A stretch of DNA of 64,000 nt from assembly GCA_027051165.1 (NCBI GenBank), contig JALTZZ010000029.1, positions 9,001 to 73,000 of the forward strand. The letters run 5' to 3'. Shown piece after piece: positions 28,904 through 37,260 of the stretch (positions within the stretch are counted from its first letter, which is position 1; every line of letters begins with the position of its first letter). Under the pieces are notes generated by a model that worked only from the letters and a program-made list of their open reading frames with translations, was not told the origin of the DNA and searched no databases. This DNA comes from an archaeon. GTDB taxonomy: Archaea; Hydrothermarchaeota; Hydrothermarchaeia; JALTZZ01. A program made the position numbers and the translations under genes.

Positions 28904-28976
28904 GGGCCCGTAGCTCAGCAGGCAGAGCGCCGCCTTCGCAAGGCGGAGGCCTCGGGTTCGAATCCCGACGGGTCCA
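28904..28976 (+). tRNA. tRNA-Ala (anticodon CGC); its 3' part (28935-28976) is the provirus att core
   Basis: Cloverleaf: acceptor GGGCCCG/CGGGUCC with the G3:U70 Ala identity pair; anticodon stem CCGCC/GGCGG with loop UUCGCAA; T-arm UCGGG-UUCGAAU-CCCGA; followed by an oligo-T. Confidence 0.95.
28935..28976 (+). repeat. attL core (42 bp; 3' part of tRNA-Ala)
   Basis: Identical to 63294-63335. Confidence 0.9.
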
Positions 28977-29186
28977 TTTTGATCGTTTTGCACAAAAGAG
29001 GCTTGAGTTAAGCTTATTTTTTACAACAATTTTTTCATTTACAAATTTGTTTTCATTTACGCTATTTTTTGCGTATTTTAAAATATTTTCGAATACTTTC
29101 CGTTTAGCTCTTTTGTCTTTATATACACTATTGATGAATTCTTCAACCCTGCTCATTGTCCTAAGCGAATTTCCAGTATTATACAA
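28935..29186 (-). CDS. int: Integrase N-terminal fragment int(N) of an SSV-type split tyrosine integrase (with in-frame att core)
   Basis: Minus-strand ORF MYNTGNSLRTMSRVEEFINSV...CAKRSK followed by core-encoded WTRRDSNPRPPPCE. The same 14 aa are encoded in the same frame in the int(C) ORF at the other end. The listed 138-aa ORF 28770-29186 is a read-through across the tRNA. Confidence 0.7.
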
Positions 29187-29526
29187 CGATTTTTATCTCA
29201 TCTTTCTTTTCTATTAGAACTATGTTCTCCGCTTCCAGTTTTCTCTTGACTCTTTCGAAAACGAGTTCTCTTAGTGTTTTTCCAACTATACCGTGCTCCC
29301 GCATTATTGCTTTTAACTCTTCCTTGCTCAGGTGCTCGCTGTTTCGTGATATTATTTCAAATGCTACTTCTCTCGCTTTCTCGTCGATCCACTCGTATTT
29401 CTTCATTACATTTACTACTCTTGCCGAAGCTTCCAAATCCTCTAAAGTTACATAGTGATATATGTCAACCTCAGCTATATTCTCCCCACCACAAAATTGG
29501 CAAGTAACTTCCAGCCCCACGAGCAT
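29179..29526 (-). CDS. Hypothetical protein with N-terminal CxxC; upstream gene of the int operon
   Basis: 115 aa, CQFCGGE; overlaps the int(N) start by 8 nt. Confidence 0.35.
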   Translation of the reverse strand: MLVGLEVTCQFCGGENIAEVDIYHYVTLEDLEASARVVNVMKKYEWIDEKAREVAFEIISRNSEHLSKEELKAIMREHGIVGKTLRELVFERVKRKLEAENIVLIEKKDEIKIVV

Positions 29527-29527
29527 T

Positions 29528-29887
29528 TTACTCCTCCCCTAATAATTTGTCAAGAAAAATCTTCCTTAATTCTTTGTCTTTCTTAATTTTCTCAGCGAAT
29601 TCTTCGAGAAGTTCCTCGTCTTCTGCAAGTTCATGAAGCGCTCTCTCGGTTATTAGTTTTTCCCGCTGTTTTTCTCGCTCTATTTTTTCAAAGAACATTG
29701 CTAAAGCTGTGCGGACAATATCACTCATGCTTCCATATATTCCCGTTCTTTCAAGCTCTTTGAGCTTATTGTAGAAATATTCTGGCAGTCTTATATTTAT
29801 TCGTGCTATCTTTTTTCCACTACTTCTTTTTTCAAAGTTCTTTTTTATCATGTTTTTCTCCTCAATATTTGTTAATACATTTTTCAT
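29528..29887 (-). CDS. Ribbon-helix-helix (CopG/Arc-type) regulator
   Basis: KKIARINIRLPEYFYNKLKELERTGIYGSMSDIVRTALAMFFEKIE is an RHH fold signature; first gene of the minus-strand RHH-ZnF-int operon. Confidence 0.5.
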   Translation of the reverse strand: MKNVLTNIEEKNMIKKNFEKRSSGKKIARINIRLPEYFYNKLKELERTGIYGSMSDIVRTALAMFFEKIEREKQREKLITERALHELAEDEELLEEFAEKIKKDKELRKIFLDKLLGEE

Positions 29888-30006
29888 GACAATTATAATT
29901 ACATTCGTGCTATATAAAACTTGTCATTATATTTGTTCATACATTAATACATACAAAAATTTTTGCGAATGATTATTTTTCTTTTTGTATATACAAATGT
30001 ATGTAG

Positions 30007-30450
30007 GTGATCAACATGACCGAGGTTGTGGGTAAGGACTTGAAGACCGTGTGGATGGCTGTGGACATTTTGAGGCATGAAGGATTTGAGGTTGATGCCA
30101 AGAGAGCGATGAGAGCGGTAAAGCAGAAAATGAAGCTTGTAGAGTGCTTGAAAGATAAAAACGGCAGAGTTTGGGCAATAGTTAAGAACGGAGAAGGAAA
30201 AGAGTATGAAGTAAGGATAAGCGTAAGCGAGAAGATAGTTAGGTGCTCCTGCGAAGACCACAAATACAGAAAAACTGTCTGCAAGCATGCAATTTTCGTT
30301 TTTCTTAACTGCTTTGAAGAAGCCCAAGAAAAAGCCAAGAAAAAACAAGACGATCTAAGCGAGGAAGAAGTTTCACAGGATACTGCTAAAATGCTCAGCG
30401 AAATGGAAGGCCCAGAAAAAGAAGAAGTTGAAGCTTTCTACGGGTGGTGA
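30007..30450 (+). CDS. SWIM-type zinc finger protein (paralogue of 41910-42320)
   Basis: C-x-C-x(n)-C-x-H: RCSCEDHKYRKTVCKHAIFV; the C-terminus ...EAFYGW is shared with the paralogue. Confidence 0.5.
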   Translation: MINMTEVVGKDLKTVWMAVDILRHEGFEVDAKRAMRAVKQKMKLVECLKDKNGRVWAIVKNGEGKEYEVRISVSEKIVRCSCEDHKYRKTVCKHAIFVFLNCFEEAQEKAKKKQDDLSEEEVSQDTAKMLSEMEGPEKEEVEAFYGW

Positions 30451-30674
30451 AGATGTCAGAAAAAATATTACCGTGTATTTTGCCCACAAACCACTGCGAC
30501 GATGCAAGGGATTGTGTTTCAAACATAATTGGCGAGGATATACCATATTTTTATCATCCAGAAAAACATGGTTTGTGCCACGTAGATTCTGTGAAACTGA
30601 TAAAAGAGCTTGAAAAGAAATTTGGCTGGGATTTTAGGCATTATAAAAATCCTGTAGGTGAGAGAAATGACTGA
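30444..30674 (+). CDS. Hypothetical small Cys/His-rich protein
   Basis: 76 aa; overlaps the SWIM gene end; CILPTNHCDDARDC...HGLCH. Confidence 0.3.
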   Translation: MVKMSEKILPCILPTNHCDDARDCVSNIIGEDIPYFYHPEKHGLCHVDSVKLIKELEKKFGWDFRHYKNPVGERND

Positions 30675-30864
30675 TATAACTGTTAGAGTGAAGGAGGACG
30701 AGATTTTGCTCATAAGAAACAATGAACCAATAATGATAATTGATAGAGAGGCTTATGAGAAGCATAAAGACATTAGAAAACTTTTAAACGTTTTTTTCGT
30801 TGATATGATATTAGCAGAGGTGAAAAAGCACAGATACTCTATTAAAGAAGAACAAAAAAGATAA
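30658..30864 (+). CDS. Hypothetical protein
   Basis: 68-aa ORF translationally coupled to the upstream ORF. Confidence 0.3.
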   Translation: MREMTDITVRVKEDEILLIRNNEPIMIIDREAYEKHKDIRKLLNVFFVDMILAEVKKHRYSIKEEQKR

Positions 30865-30933
30865 GATAAAACATCTTTTTTCTTTTATTTATATTATATA
30901 ATGTATATTACAGCCCTCGTTTTTCCACACATT

Positions 30934-30946
30934 TAAAAAGTCTATT
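30934..30946 (+). promoter_or_regulatory. Provirus promoter motif TTTAAAAAGTCTA (AAAGTCT 25-26 nt upstream of ATG 30963)
   Basis: Member of the recurrent TTTTTAAAGTCT family. Confidence 0.45.
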
Positions 30947-30962
30947 CAAGAATTCGCAAAAC

Positions 30963-31223
30963 ATGGCCGAGGAAAAGAAGGAAGAAAAGTTATGTTTAAT
31001 TTTGAACATGGTGAACTGGAGCGATTTTGAAGTTACAAACTTAAGGCTCGTAGAAGGAACTTTCGAAGGAACGCTAATAAACAAAAAAACGGGAAAAGAA
31101 GTATCAAAAGTTAAGTTTACTGTAGAGTTCAACAATCCCCAAACAGCAAAAACATACATCCCTGCGGACACTATACTCCAGCTATTTCTGAATAGCCAGC
31201 GTAAGCAGCCCCCCGACCAGTAG
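30963..31223 (+). CDS. Hypothetical protein
   Basis: 86-aa ORF preceded by the conserved promoter motif. Confidence 0.35.
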   Translation: MAEEKKEEKLCLILNMVNWSDFEVTNLRLVEGTFEGTLINKKTGKEVSKVKFTVEFNNPQTAKTYIPADTILQLFLNSQRKQPPDQ

Positions 31224-31247
31224 ATTTTTCGTATTTTTCTTTATCGG

Positions 31248-31787
31248 CTATTTGGCAATATATTTCTGTAAAAAAGAACCATCCAGAAATATAGGTAATT
31301 CATCTACATTTTTAAGTTTTTTAATAATCTCCTGTTTAATAATAGCTTTTATATCTTTTCTTTTTAAAATACCATCAAAAATCAATTTTACATCTGTATG
31401 AATTGTATAAAAAGACTTTCTTGTAACAATATTAAAATTACATGCTGGACATCTCCATTTTACTAAAAAAATTAATCTTAATCTTGAAAGTAGATGTTCA
31501 CTTTCTTTCAGTTTGCTCGAGCAATTAGGACAATAAGGCGTTTCTTCTATTAGAAAATTTTCTAAATTTAAATTGATTTCGTCTACCATTGGACTTGGAA
31601 TAGAAAAGACGTTGTAGAAATTAACATGCCAAATTACTGGTTTTGTTAGTGGATGTGGAAATTTTATAATAATATCTGGAGCACTATCATATAATGCTCT
31701 ATCATAAGTTGAACCTAAAACAATTGGTGGATAGTTTTTATTATAGTCTTCTTTATACTTTTTCATTAAAACACCTATAAAAATCAT
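31248..31787 (-). CDS. Hypothetical membrane-anchored zinc-ribbon protein
   Basis: N-terminal hydrophobic segment; CPNCSSK...CPACNF zinc ribbon. Confidence 0.3.
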   Translation of the reverse strand: MIFIGVLMKKYKEDYNKNYPPIVLGSTYDRALYDSAPDIIIKFPHPLTKPVIWHVNFYNVFSIPSPMVDEINLNLENFLIEETPYCPNCSSKLKESEHLLSRLRLIFLVKWRCPACNFNIVTRKSFYTIHTDVKLIFDGILKRKDIKAIIKQEIIKKLKNVDELPIFLDGSFLQKYIAK

Positions 31788-32075
31788 TGTAAAAATAACA
31801 AGTATAAGAAATTTATAATTATTTTGGAGAATTTTTCTTCTCTATAATTTAATATATAAAAACCGAGTGTAGGAACAGAAACTGGCATAACAAAGAAAAT
31901 TTCAATTAGTTTTTTTATTATGGCAGTAGCCATAAAAACAAAAAATCCATTAAAAAACAAAAATCTTGTCTGAACATTTGTATTTATATTCTAAAATAAA
32001 ACAGTTATAAATGTATGTATATTTGTTCAACTATTTTTTATGTTGCTACGTTTGTATATACATTTGGGTGGTAAA

Positions 32076-32504
32076 ATGTGCCCAACAGTTTTACAAAAGA
32101 AAGAGGAAACAATAAGTATAAGAATACCTACAAAAACAAAAGAAGAATTTAAATTGGCTGTGAAAGAGTTAGGGGAGTTTACTTCTATAAGTGATGCGAT
32201 AGAACACTTTATAAGAATGTATATAGAGAAATGGAAAGTTTTAACAGGTAAAGCAGATAAGGACATTATTTTTAAGCAATTACAAGGAGAACCTAACGAG
32301 CCTGCCGAGCCTCAGAGCGAAAGCAACCTTGAAAAAGACATAGAGGACTATGCAAAGTTATACATAGAATACAAGAGCGGTAAAGTGTCTCCAGAAGCTG
32401 TTGACAAGAAATATGCAGAGATTATTGAAAAACACGGAATAACAAGAGAAGAATTCGGGAAGCTGGTTTTCAAGAAGCTTAAGGAACTTGGCTGGGAGGG
32501 TTAA
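32076..32504 (+). CDS. Putative RHH-type DNA-binding protein
   Basis: ISIRIPTKTKEEFKLAVKELGEFTSISDAIEHFIRMYIEK is an RHH-like N-terminus; ATG 32076 is the likely start. Confidence 0.35.
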   Translation: MCPTVLQKKEETISIRIPTKTKEEFKLAVKELGEFTSISDAIEHFIRMYIEKWKVLTGKADKDIIFKQLQGEPNEPAEPQSESNLEKDIEDYAKLYIEYKSGKVSPEAVDKKYAEIIEKHGITREEFGKLVFKKLKELGWEG

Positions 32505-32507
32505 GCG

Positions 32508-32750
32508 ATGCTAAGAACAGAAATCGAAATTTCATGCGAGCACGCTATCAAAAGTCTTCTTTTGCAAATGCTAAGCGATGATATTAAGTGTTTAACATGC
32601 AAATCACCGCTACCAAGAGACGATATACGTAGCACGGGCTTACACGATCCAGACTGCCTGTGGAACTACTACATCGAGTGCCCAAAATGCGGCTACCAGA
32701 ATAACTTAGCGAAGCTACTGAAAATCTGGGAGTGTACCTGCAGGAGATAG
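32508..32750 (+). CDS. Small zinc-finger protein
   Basis: CLTCKSP...CPKCGYQ. Confidence 0.3.
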   Translation: MLRTEIEISCEHAIKSLLLQMLSDDIKCLTCKSPLPRDDIRSTGLHDPDCLWNYYIECPKCGYQNNLAKLLKIWECTCRR

Positions 32751-32754
32751 AAAA

Positions 32755-33408
32755 ATGGTAGAAGAGGAAATAAAAGACAAGGTAAACAGAATGCTTGGCA
32801 CGGAGCAGGCAAAGCTCAGCGAGATACAAATTGTTGATGACATGGACGAAGATTTAATAATCAAGGAGAAGGTAGAGGGAACAGATGCATTAGTTTACAA
32901 AATCAAGGATAAATACTACCTGAGCATTCAGGGAGTGATGTATGCCGCACTGAGGCGAGGAAACATTCACATAGTAACCGTAGACATCAGAAAATTCGGC
33001 GATAAAGAAGTTGGCTACTGCGAGGCAATGGATTTAAAGAGAAACGTGAAGATAGCAGCAATAGCGGAGAGATACACAAACGAGCAGTATAAAGTAACAA
33101 CGCTGATAAACAACTTCAAGAAACAAGAGAAAAAGAGAGAATACGATCATTTCGCAGAGAAGATAGTTGAGCACTTTCACAAAGACGTAAAAGAGCGAAA
33201 TCTTGCTATAAACCTCGAAACATACGTTGAGATCAGAAAGCTAAGGGAACTAATGACGATAAGAAAGCTGCTCGGAAAGCTGATAGACACGATAGAAGAG
33301 ACAGACAGCTACAGCAGCTTAAGAAAAAGAGTAAAGTCGCTTGAGGGGCAGATGAAAGCAGTAAGACAGATAGTGCTTGCTTTGGCAGAGAAGGAGGCAC
33401 ATGGATGA
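32755..33408 (+). CDS. Hypothetical protein
   Basis: 217-aa ORF within a colinear + strand block. Confidence 0.35.
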   Translation: MVEEEIKDKVNRMLGTEQAKLSEIQIVDDMDEDLIIKEKVEGTDALVYKIKDKYYLSIQGVMYAALRRGNIHIVTVDIRKFGDKEVGYCEAMDLKRNVKIAAIAERYTNEQYKVTTLINNFKKQEKKREYDHFAEKIVEHFHKDVKERNLAINLETYVEIRKLRELMTIRKLLGKLIDTIEETDSYSSLRKRVKSLEGQMKAVRQIVLALAEKEAHG

Positions 33409-33953
33409 AACTTTCGGTAAAATACCACCCGCCAGAGATCATTATCACAGAAAACATGAGAAAAAGAGCGGACAGAGAGGCAAAAAAGATAGTTAAGGCA
33501 TGTAAAGAAGCCGGCATGAAGCCGAGATTTGGCGGAGACTACAGGTCGCACTACATAGGAAAGCTCGGCGAGCAGGCTTTTCTACTATTTCTCAAAAACA
33601 AGGGTATAAAAAATGTAGAGATCCCAGCGATAAGAAGCGACTACAGAATATTGGACCACAGACCAGATTTCATAGTTAACGGTAGGGAGATTGAGGTAAA
33701 AACTCAGATAAAGAGCGGCAAGTCTTATTTCCTCTATCCAATCAGTCAGTTCCAGAAGTATTATCCAGATCTCGTTGTTTTCATAGATTACAGAGTAAGA
33801 GAAAACAAGTGCGTCCTGTATGGGTATATCCAAGGGTGGAGAATAGAGTTCATGAAAAAAGACTATTCGGTTAGGTATCCAGCCTACAGGATACCGGAGA
33901 GCGAGCTCAGTAAAATGGAGAAGCTACTTCTTTTGCTTGGTGGAGTAGCATGA
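33405..33953 (+). CDS. PD-(D/E)XK-type nuclease-like protein
   Basis: DHRPDFIVNGREIEVKTQ gives D-x(n)-E-x-K. Confidence 0.4.
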   Translation: MKLSVKYHPPEIIITENMRKRADREAKKIVKACKEAGMKPRFGGDYRSHYIGKLGEQAFLLFLKNKGIKNVEIPAIRSDYRILDHRPDFIVNGREIEVKTQIKSGKSYFLYPISQFQKYYPDLVVFIDYRVRENKCVLYGYIQGWRIEFMKKDYSVRYPAYRIPESELSKMEKLLLLLGGVA

Positions 33954-34450
33954 CGGTGTTCACGTGTCCTTGGTGTCCAATAACGACAAAAACTCTCTAC
34001 GGGCTCAGAGTTCACGTTAAGACTATACACAAAGACAAAATAATTGACAAGCGAAAAGCCGTTGCCATTCTTGTTAGAACAATGAAAAGCATCGTTCTCA
34101 CAGCGAACGAAAAGAAAAAAGAAGAACTGCTTAAAGCAAGCTTCTCAGTATCGCATAACAACAGCTTAACTGGAAAACGTGCGAAAGCGATCGCATACTT
34201 TTTCTGCAGCAGCAAAGATGCAAGGAAAATGCTCGATGAAGCGTTTAAGCTCAGGGTTAACTATGGTAGACCTAACGGTTCGAGCAATAACGGTGAGAAA
34301 ATAAGAGAATTGAAAAAGCAGATAGAAAACGGCGGAAAAGTTAAAACTGACTTGTTCACTCTCGTAGAGCTACTAAACAGCGAGAAAGACAGCACGACAG
34401 CGAGAAAAGTGAGAGAAGCAATAAAAGCGGAGAGGTATAAGCTAACATGA
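33950..34450 (+). CDS. C2H2-like zinc-finger protein
   Basis: CPWCPITTKTLYGLRVHVKTIH. Confidence 0.35.
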   Translation: MTVFTCPWCPITTKTLYGLRVHVKTIHKDKIIDKRKAVAILVRTMKSIVLTANEKKKEELLKASFSVSHNNSLTGKRAKAIAYFFCSSKDARKMLDEAFKLRVNYGRPNGSSNNGEKIRELKKQIENGGKVKTDLFTLVELLNSEKDSTTARKVREAIKAERYKLT

Positions 34451-34453
34451 ACG

Positions 34454-34619
34454 GTGTCAAGAACAACCTTGACACTAATAATAATGTGTCAAGCTCCAAC
34501 TTGACACATAGAAGAAGAACAACATATAGTGAGCACGGTGTCAACAACAAGATTGATGACGACACCGTAAAAAACAGTAGTGGTAATACATCTAATGTGT
34601 CAACTTTCAGCTTGACACC
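34454..34619. promoter_or_regulatory. Array of three palindromic sites GTGTCAAG-N6-CTTGACAC, plus a half-site (candidate origin/iteron or regulator-binding array)
   Basis: Palindromes at 34454-34475, 34486-34507 and 34598-34619 lie inside the low-complexity (N/S/T-rich) N-terminal part of ORF 34447-35211. Confidence 0.5.
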
Positions 34620-34635
34620 AGAAGAAGCAGCAGAC

Positions 34636-35211
34636 ATGGTTGATATATTAGCAGAATTAAAATATAATAAAAACAAGCTGAAGCTTGCTTATTTTCTTGT
34701 AAAAAACAGAAACTATATAAGCGTAACAGAGGCGGCGAAGCTATTAAAAGTGAAAAGACAGGCAATCCATCAAATGCTTGAGAATTCAGAGATATTTAAC
34801 TACGCTGTTATAAAAACAAAATTTTCTGAAGGTTATAAAAGCAAAAAAATAACATTATCAGCATTCTGCGAAAAATATGCAGCAGTTATAGAAAAATTGG
34901 CAACGAAAAAACTAAGTCTCGAAGAAATTTTAAAAATTGAGAAATTTAAACCAGCGATACAAATGAAAGCTGAGAAATACTTTCAAAACAATGGAAAAGA
35001 GTTTGTAAAACGTGGTATAGAAATATACATTAATGAAGGTGAACGAGGGCTCAACAAATATTTACAGGGTCTTTCTACCAAGCCGTTTTGGACTCAAGAA
35101 AAAGTAACAGTTCTAAAAGAAATTATCATGGAAAAGATCAGAAAAAAAATGAATTCTACTTATTTTTTAATTAAAATGAAAATTTATGAAAAATTAGAAG
35201 GGGAGGAATAA
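34636..35211 (+). CDS. Hypothetical protein with HTH-like segment
   Basis: ISVTEAAKLLKVKRQAIHQMLEN is HTH-like. The ORF formally opens at 34447, but its first ~60 codons are low-complexity and carry the palindrome array, so Met at 34636 is the more plausible start. Confidence 0.3.
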   Translation: MVDILAELKYNKNKLKLAYFLVKNRNYISVTEAAKLLKVKRQAIHQMLENSEIFNYAVIKTKFSEGYKSKKITLSAFCEKYAAVIEKLATKKLSLEEILKIEKFKPAIQMKAEKYFQNNGKEFVKRGIEIYINEGERGLNKYLQGLSTKPFWTQEKVTVLKEIIMEKIRKKMNSTYFLIKMKIYEKLEGEE

Positions 35212-35214
35212 AGA

Positions 35215-35736
35215 ATGGAAAGAATAGTTAAATGCAAGCTTGACTGCTGCGATACCAGAGCTTTCGAGTGCGACGAGGAAAATTGCAAAACACAGATGCT
35301 GTGCTGCAAATGTCCAAGTGGAACACCTGAGTTACCAAAAGTAGAGTGTCCAAACTGCGGGGCTATTGCAGACATGGGCGAGCTTTTCGAAGTCGAGACA
35401 TTCCCAGAAACGAGCTTACAAAAGATTTACAACAAAATAGCAGGAATAATAAACGATTTCATTTTATTTTTAAGGGACGTATTAAGTGGCGGAGTGTATT
35501 GCTCTAAATGGCCAAAAATCATAAACAAAATAACGGGAAGATCAAGGTTTAGAGTTCCCTACAAGATAGTTGATAAGCTACTGCCAACACTTCCATACTG
35601 GAGACTAAAATATTTTGATCATTTTATTTGGATCTGTAAAAAATGCGGAATGAAGTATTTAGACCCGGATCCTTATACTTTTCTAACTTTTGATTATAAA
35701 AAAGAGGAGTGTGTGGAAAATGAAGGCCGTTTGTGA
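35215..35736 (+). CDS. Cys-rich hypothetical protein
   Basis: Multiple CxxC pairs (CKLDCCD, CCKCPSG, CPNCG, CKKCGM); GGAGG Shine-Dalgarno sequence upstream. Confidence 0.35.
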   Translation: MERIVKCKLDCCDTRAFECDEENCKTQMLCCKCPSGTPELPKVECPNCGAIADMGELFEVETFPETSLQKIYNKIAGIINDFILFLRDVLSGGVYCSKWPKIINKITGRSRFRVPYKIVDKLLPTLPYWRLKYFDHFIWICKKCGMKYLDPDPYTFLTFDYKKEECVENEGRL

Positions 35737-36466
35737 AGGAAAATACCTACGGGGAGTATTTGAGGCGGTAGGAAAGATAGTGAACACAGCAATACTGAAA
35801 GCAAGCGAGGACGGCATGAAACTGAGAGCAATGAACTCAGAGCATACAATACTCGTTGACATGGAACTTGAAAAAAGTTTGTTCGAAGACTACGAAATAG
35901 AAGAAGACGAAAGCATAGGCATAGACATTAGCCAGCTGCTGAAGATACTGAAAAGAGCGAAAAAAGACGACAACATTACATTAGAAACAAGCAAAGAAAC
36001 AATAAAAATAACAATTGACGGCACTGCAGAGAGGACGTTTGAGTTCCCAGCATTAGCAGACGTCGAAGAAGATGAAATAAAGTTCCCAGAGCTTAACTAT
36101 GAAGCGGAAATATCCATTGAGGATCCAAGTGTCCTTAAGGAAATCATGAAAGACGTGGAGATAGTAGGCAACGCTGCTGTGCTTAAGGCAACAAAAGAGG
36201 AGTTTATAATACAAGCTCAAGGAAACGGATATGCATTCTCGAGCTACAAAGCGGCTCCCAGCAACATAAGCCTAAACCTTGATGAAGAGGCTGAAGAGGT
36301 AAAAAGTGCGTTCTCCGTCGAGCTCCTGAAGGATGTTCTGAGAGCGGACAAGTTCATATATAATGCTAAGGTCCATCTTGGCAACGACATCCCACTTAAG
36401 CTTGAGTATACAGGGCCGGGAATAAAGCTGACATACCTAATAGCCCCAAGAATCGAAAACGAATAA
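35720..36466 (+). CDS. Virus-encoded PCNA (DNA polymerase sliding clamp) homologue
   Basis: MKAVCEGKYLRGVFEAVGKIVNTAILKASEDGMKLRAMNSEHTILVDMELEKSLFEDYEIEEDESIGIDISQLLKILKR ... LGNDIPLKLEY ... LIAPRIE matches the PCNA topology and motifs over ~248 aa. Confidence 0.7.
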   Translation: MKAVCEGKYLRGVFEAVGKIVNTAILKASEDGMKLRAMNSEHTILVDMELEKSLFEDYEIEEDESIGIDISQLLKILKRAKKDDNITLETSKETIKITIDGTAERTFEFPALADVEEDEIKFPELNYEAEISIEDPSVLKEIMKDVEIVGNAAVLKATKEEFIIQAQGNGYAFSSYKAAPSNISLNLDEEAEEVKSAFSVELLKDVLRADKFIYNAKVHLGNDIPLKLEYTGPGIKLTYLIAPRIENE

Positions 36467-36518
36467 TTTTTTATTATTTTTTATTTTTTAAGAGAAAAGA
36501 AAAAACGGGTGAATAAAA

Positions 36519-37142
36519 ATGGATAAAAAAACATATTATCAGACCAGAAACAAAATATTTAATGTCATTTGGATATCAATAATCCCACCAAGGGGGTACA
36601 ACAGAAGGAAGAAGATAGTAATTCTGCCGAGCGAGCTACATAAATTCGTTTTCTGTCCAAAACAATTTTTATTCGACAAAAAATTAAAGAGAAAACCGCC
36701 ATTAAAGAGAAGGATTCTTATTCTTATAGGAAAGATAAAACATTATTTATATATAAAGAGAGGCTACAAGAAAGAGCACCTGCTCGAGGCCGAAATACCA
36801 TGGCTTAACGCAGTGCTGATAGGCAAACCAGATGCTTTCAAAGTTAAAGATAATGTAATAATTCTGGAAGAACTAAAAAATAGGAATGGGCCACTTAATG
36901 GTGCATGGGATTCTGATGTAATTCAAGCATTAGCTTACGCATATCTTTTAAAAGAAAACTATGGCAAAAACGTTAAGATAACTATAATATATAAGAACAG
37001 AAAAGTCGAAGTTCCTTATAACGAGGCTCTTTTAAAGCTATGTTTAGCGGACTATGTAGCCGTAGCAATCGGAGCAAGCGTCCCCATAGCCAAGAAAAGC
37101 GGAAAGTGCAGATGGTGCCAATATCAAGCGGAGTGCAAATAA
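36519..37142 (+). CDS. Cas4-like PD-(D/E)XK nuclease with Fe-S cysteine motif (viral Cas4-like)
   Basis: N-terminal Cys (FVFCPKQF); D..ExK (GKPDAFKVKDNVIILEELK); C-terminal C-x2-C-x5-C (CRWCQYQAEC). Confidence 0.55.
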   Translation: MDKKTYYQTRNKIFNVIWISIIPPRGYNRRKKIVILPSELHKFVFCPKQFLFDKKLKRKPPLKRRILILIGKIKHYLYIKRGYKKEHLLEAEIPWLNAVLIGKPDAFKVKDNVIILEELKNRNGPLNGAWDSDVIQALAYAYLLKENYGKNVKITIIYKNRKVEVPYNEALLKLCLADYVAVAIGASVPIAKKSGKCRWCQYQAECK

Positions 37143-37260
37143 TACAAATTTTTTTATTTAATTCTACCCCTATAGAATTGATATACTTGATCTTTTTCTA
37201 ATAATGATACACAAACATTGTAGGAAAAACTATATAAAGCCTAAATAAAAACTAAATATT

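Noticed and set aside
28770-29186. 138-aa minus-strand ORF spanning the tRNA-Ala gene
   Set aside because: Only its first 70 codons (29186-28977) plus the 14 core-encoded codons are meaningful, as int(N). The rest is read-through across the tRNA 5' half and host flank.
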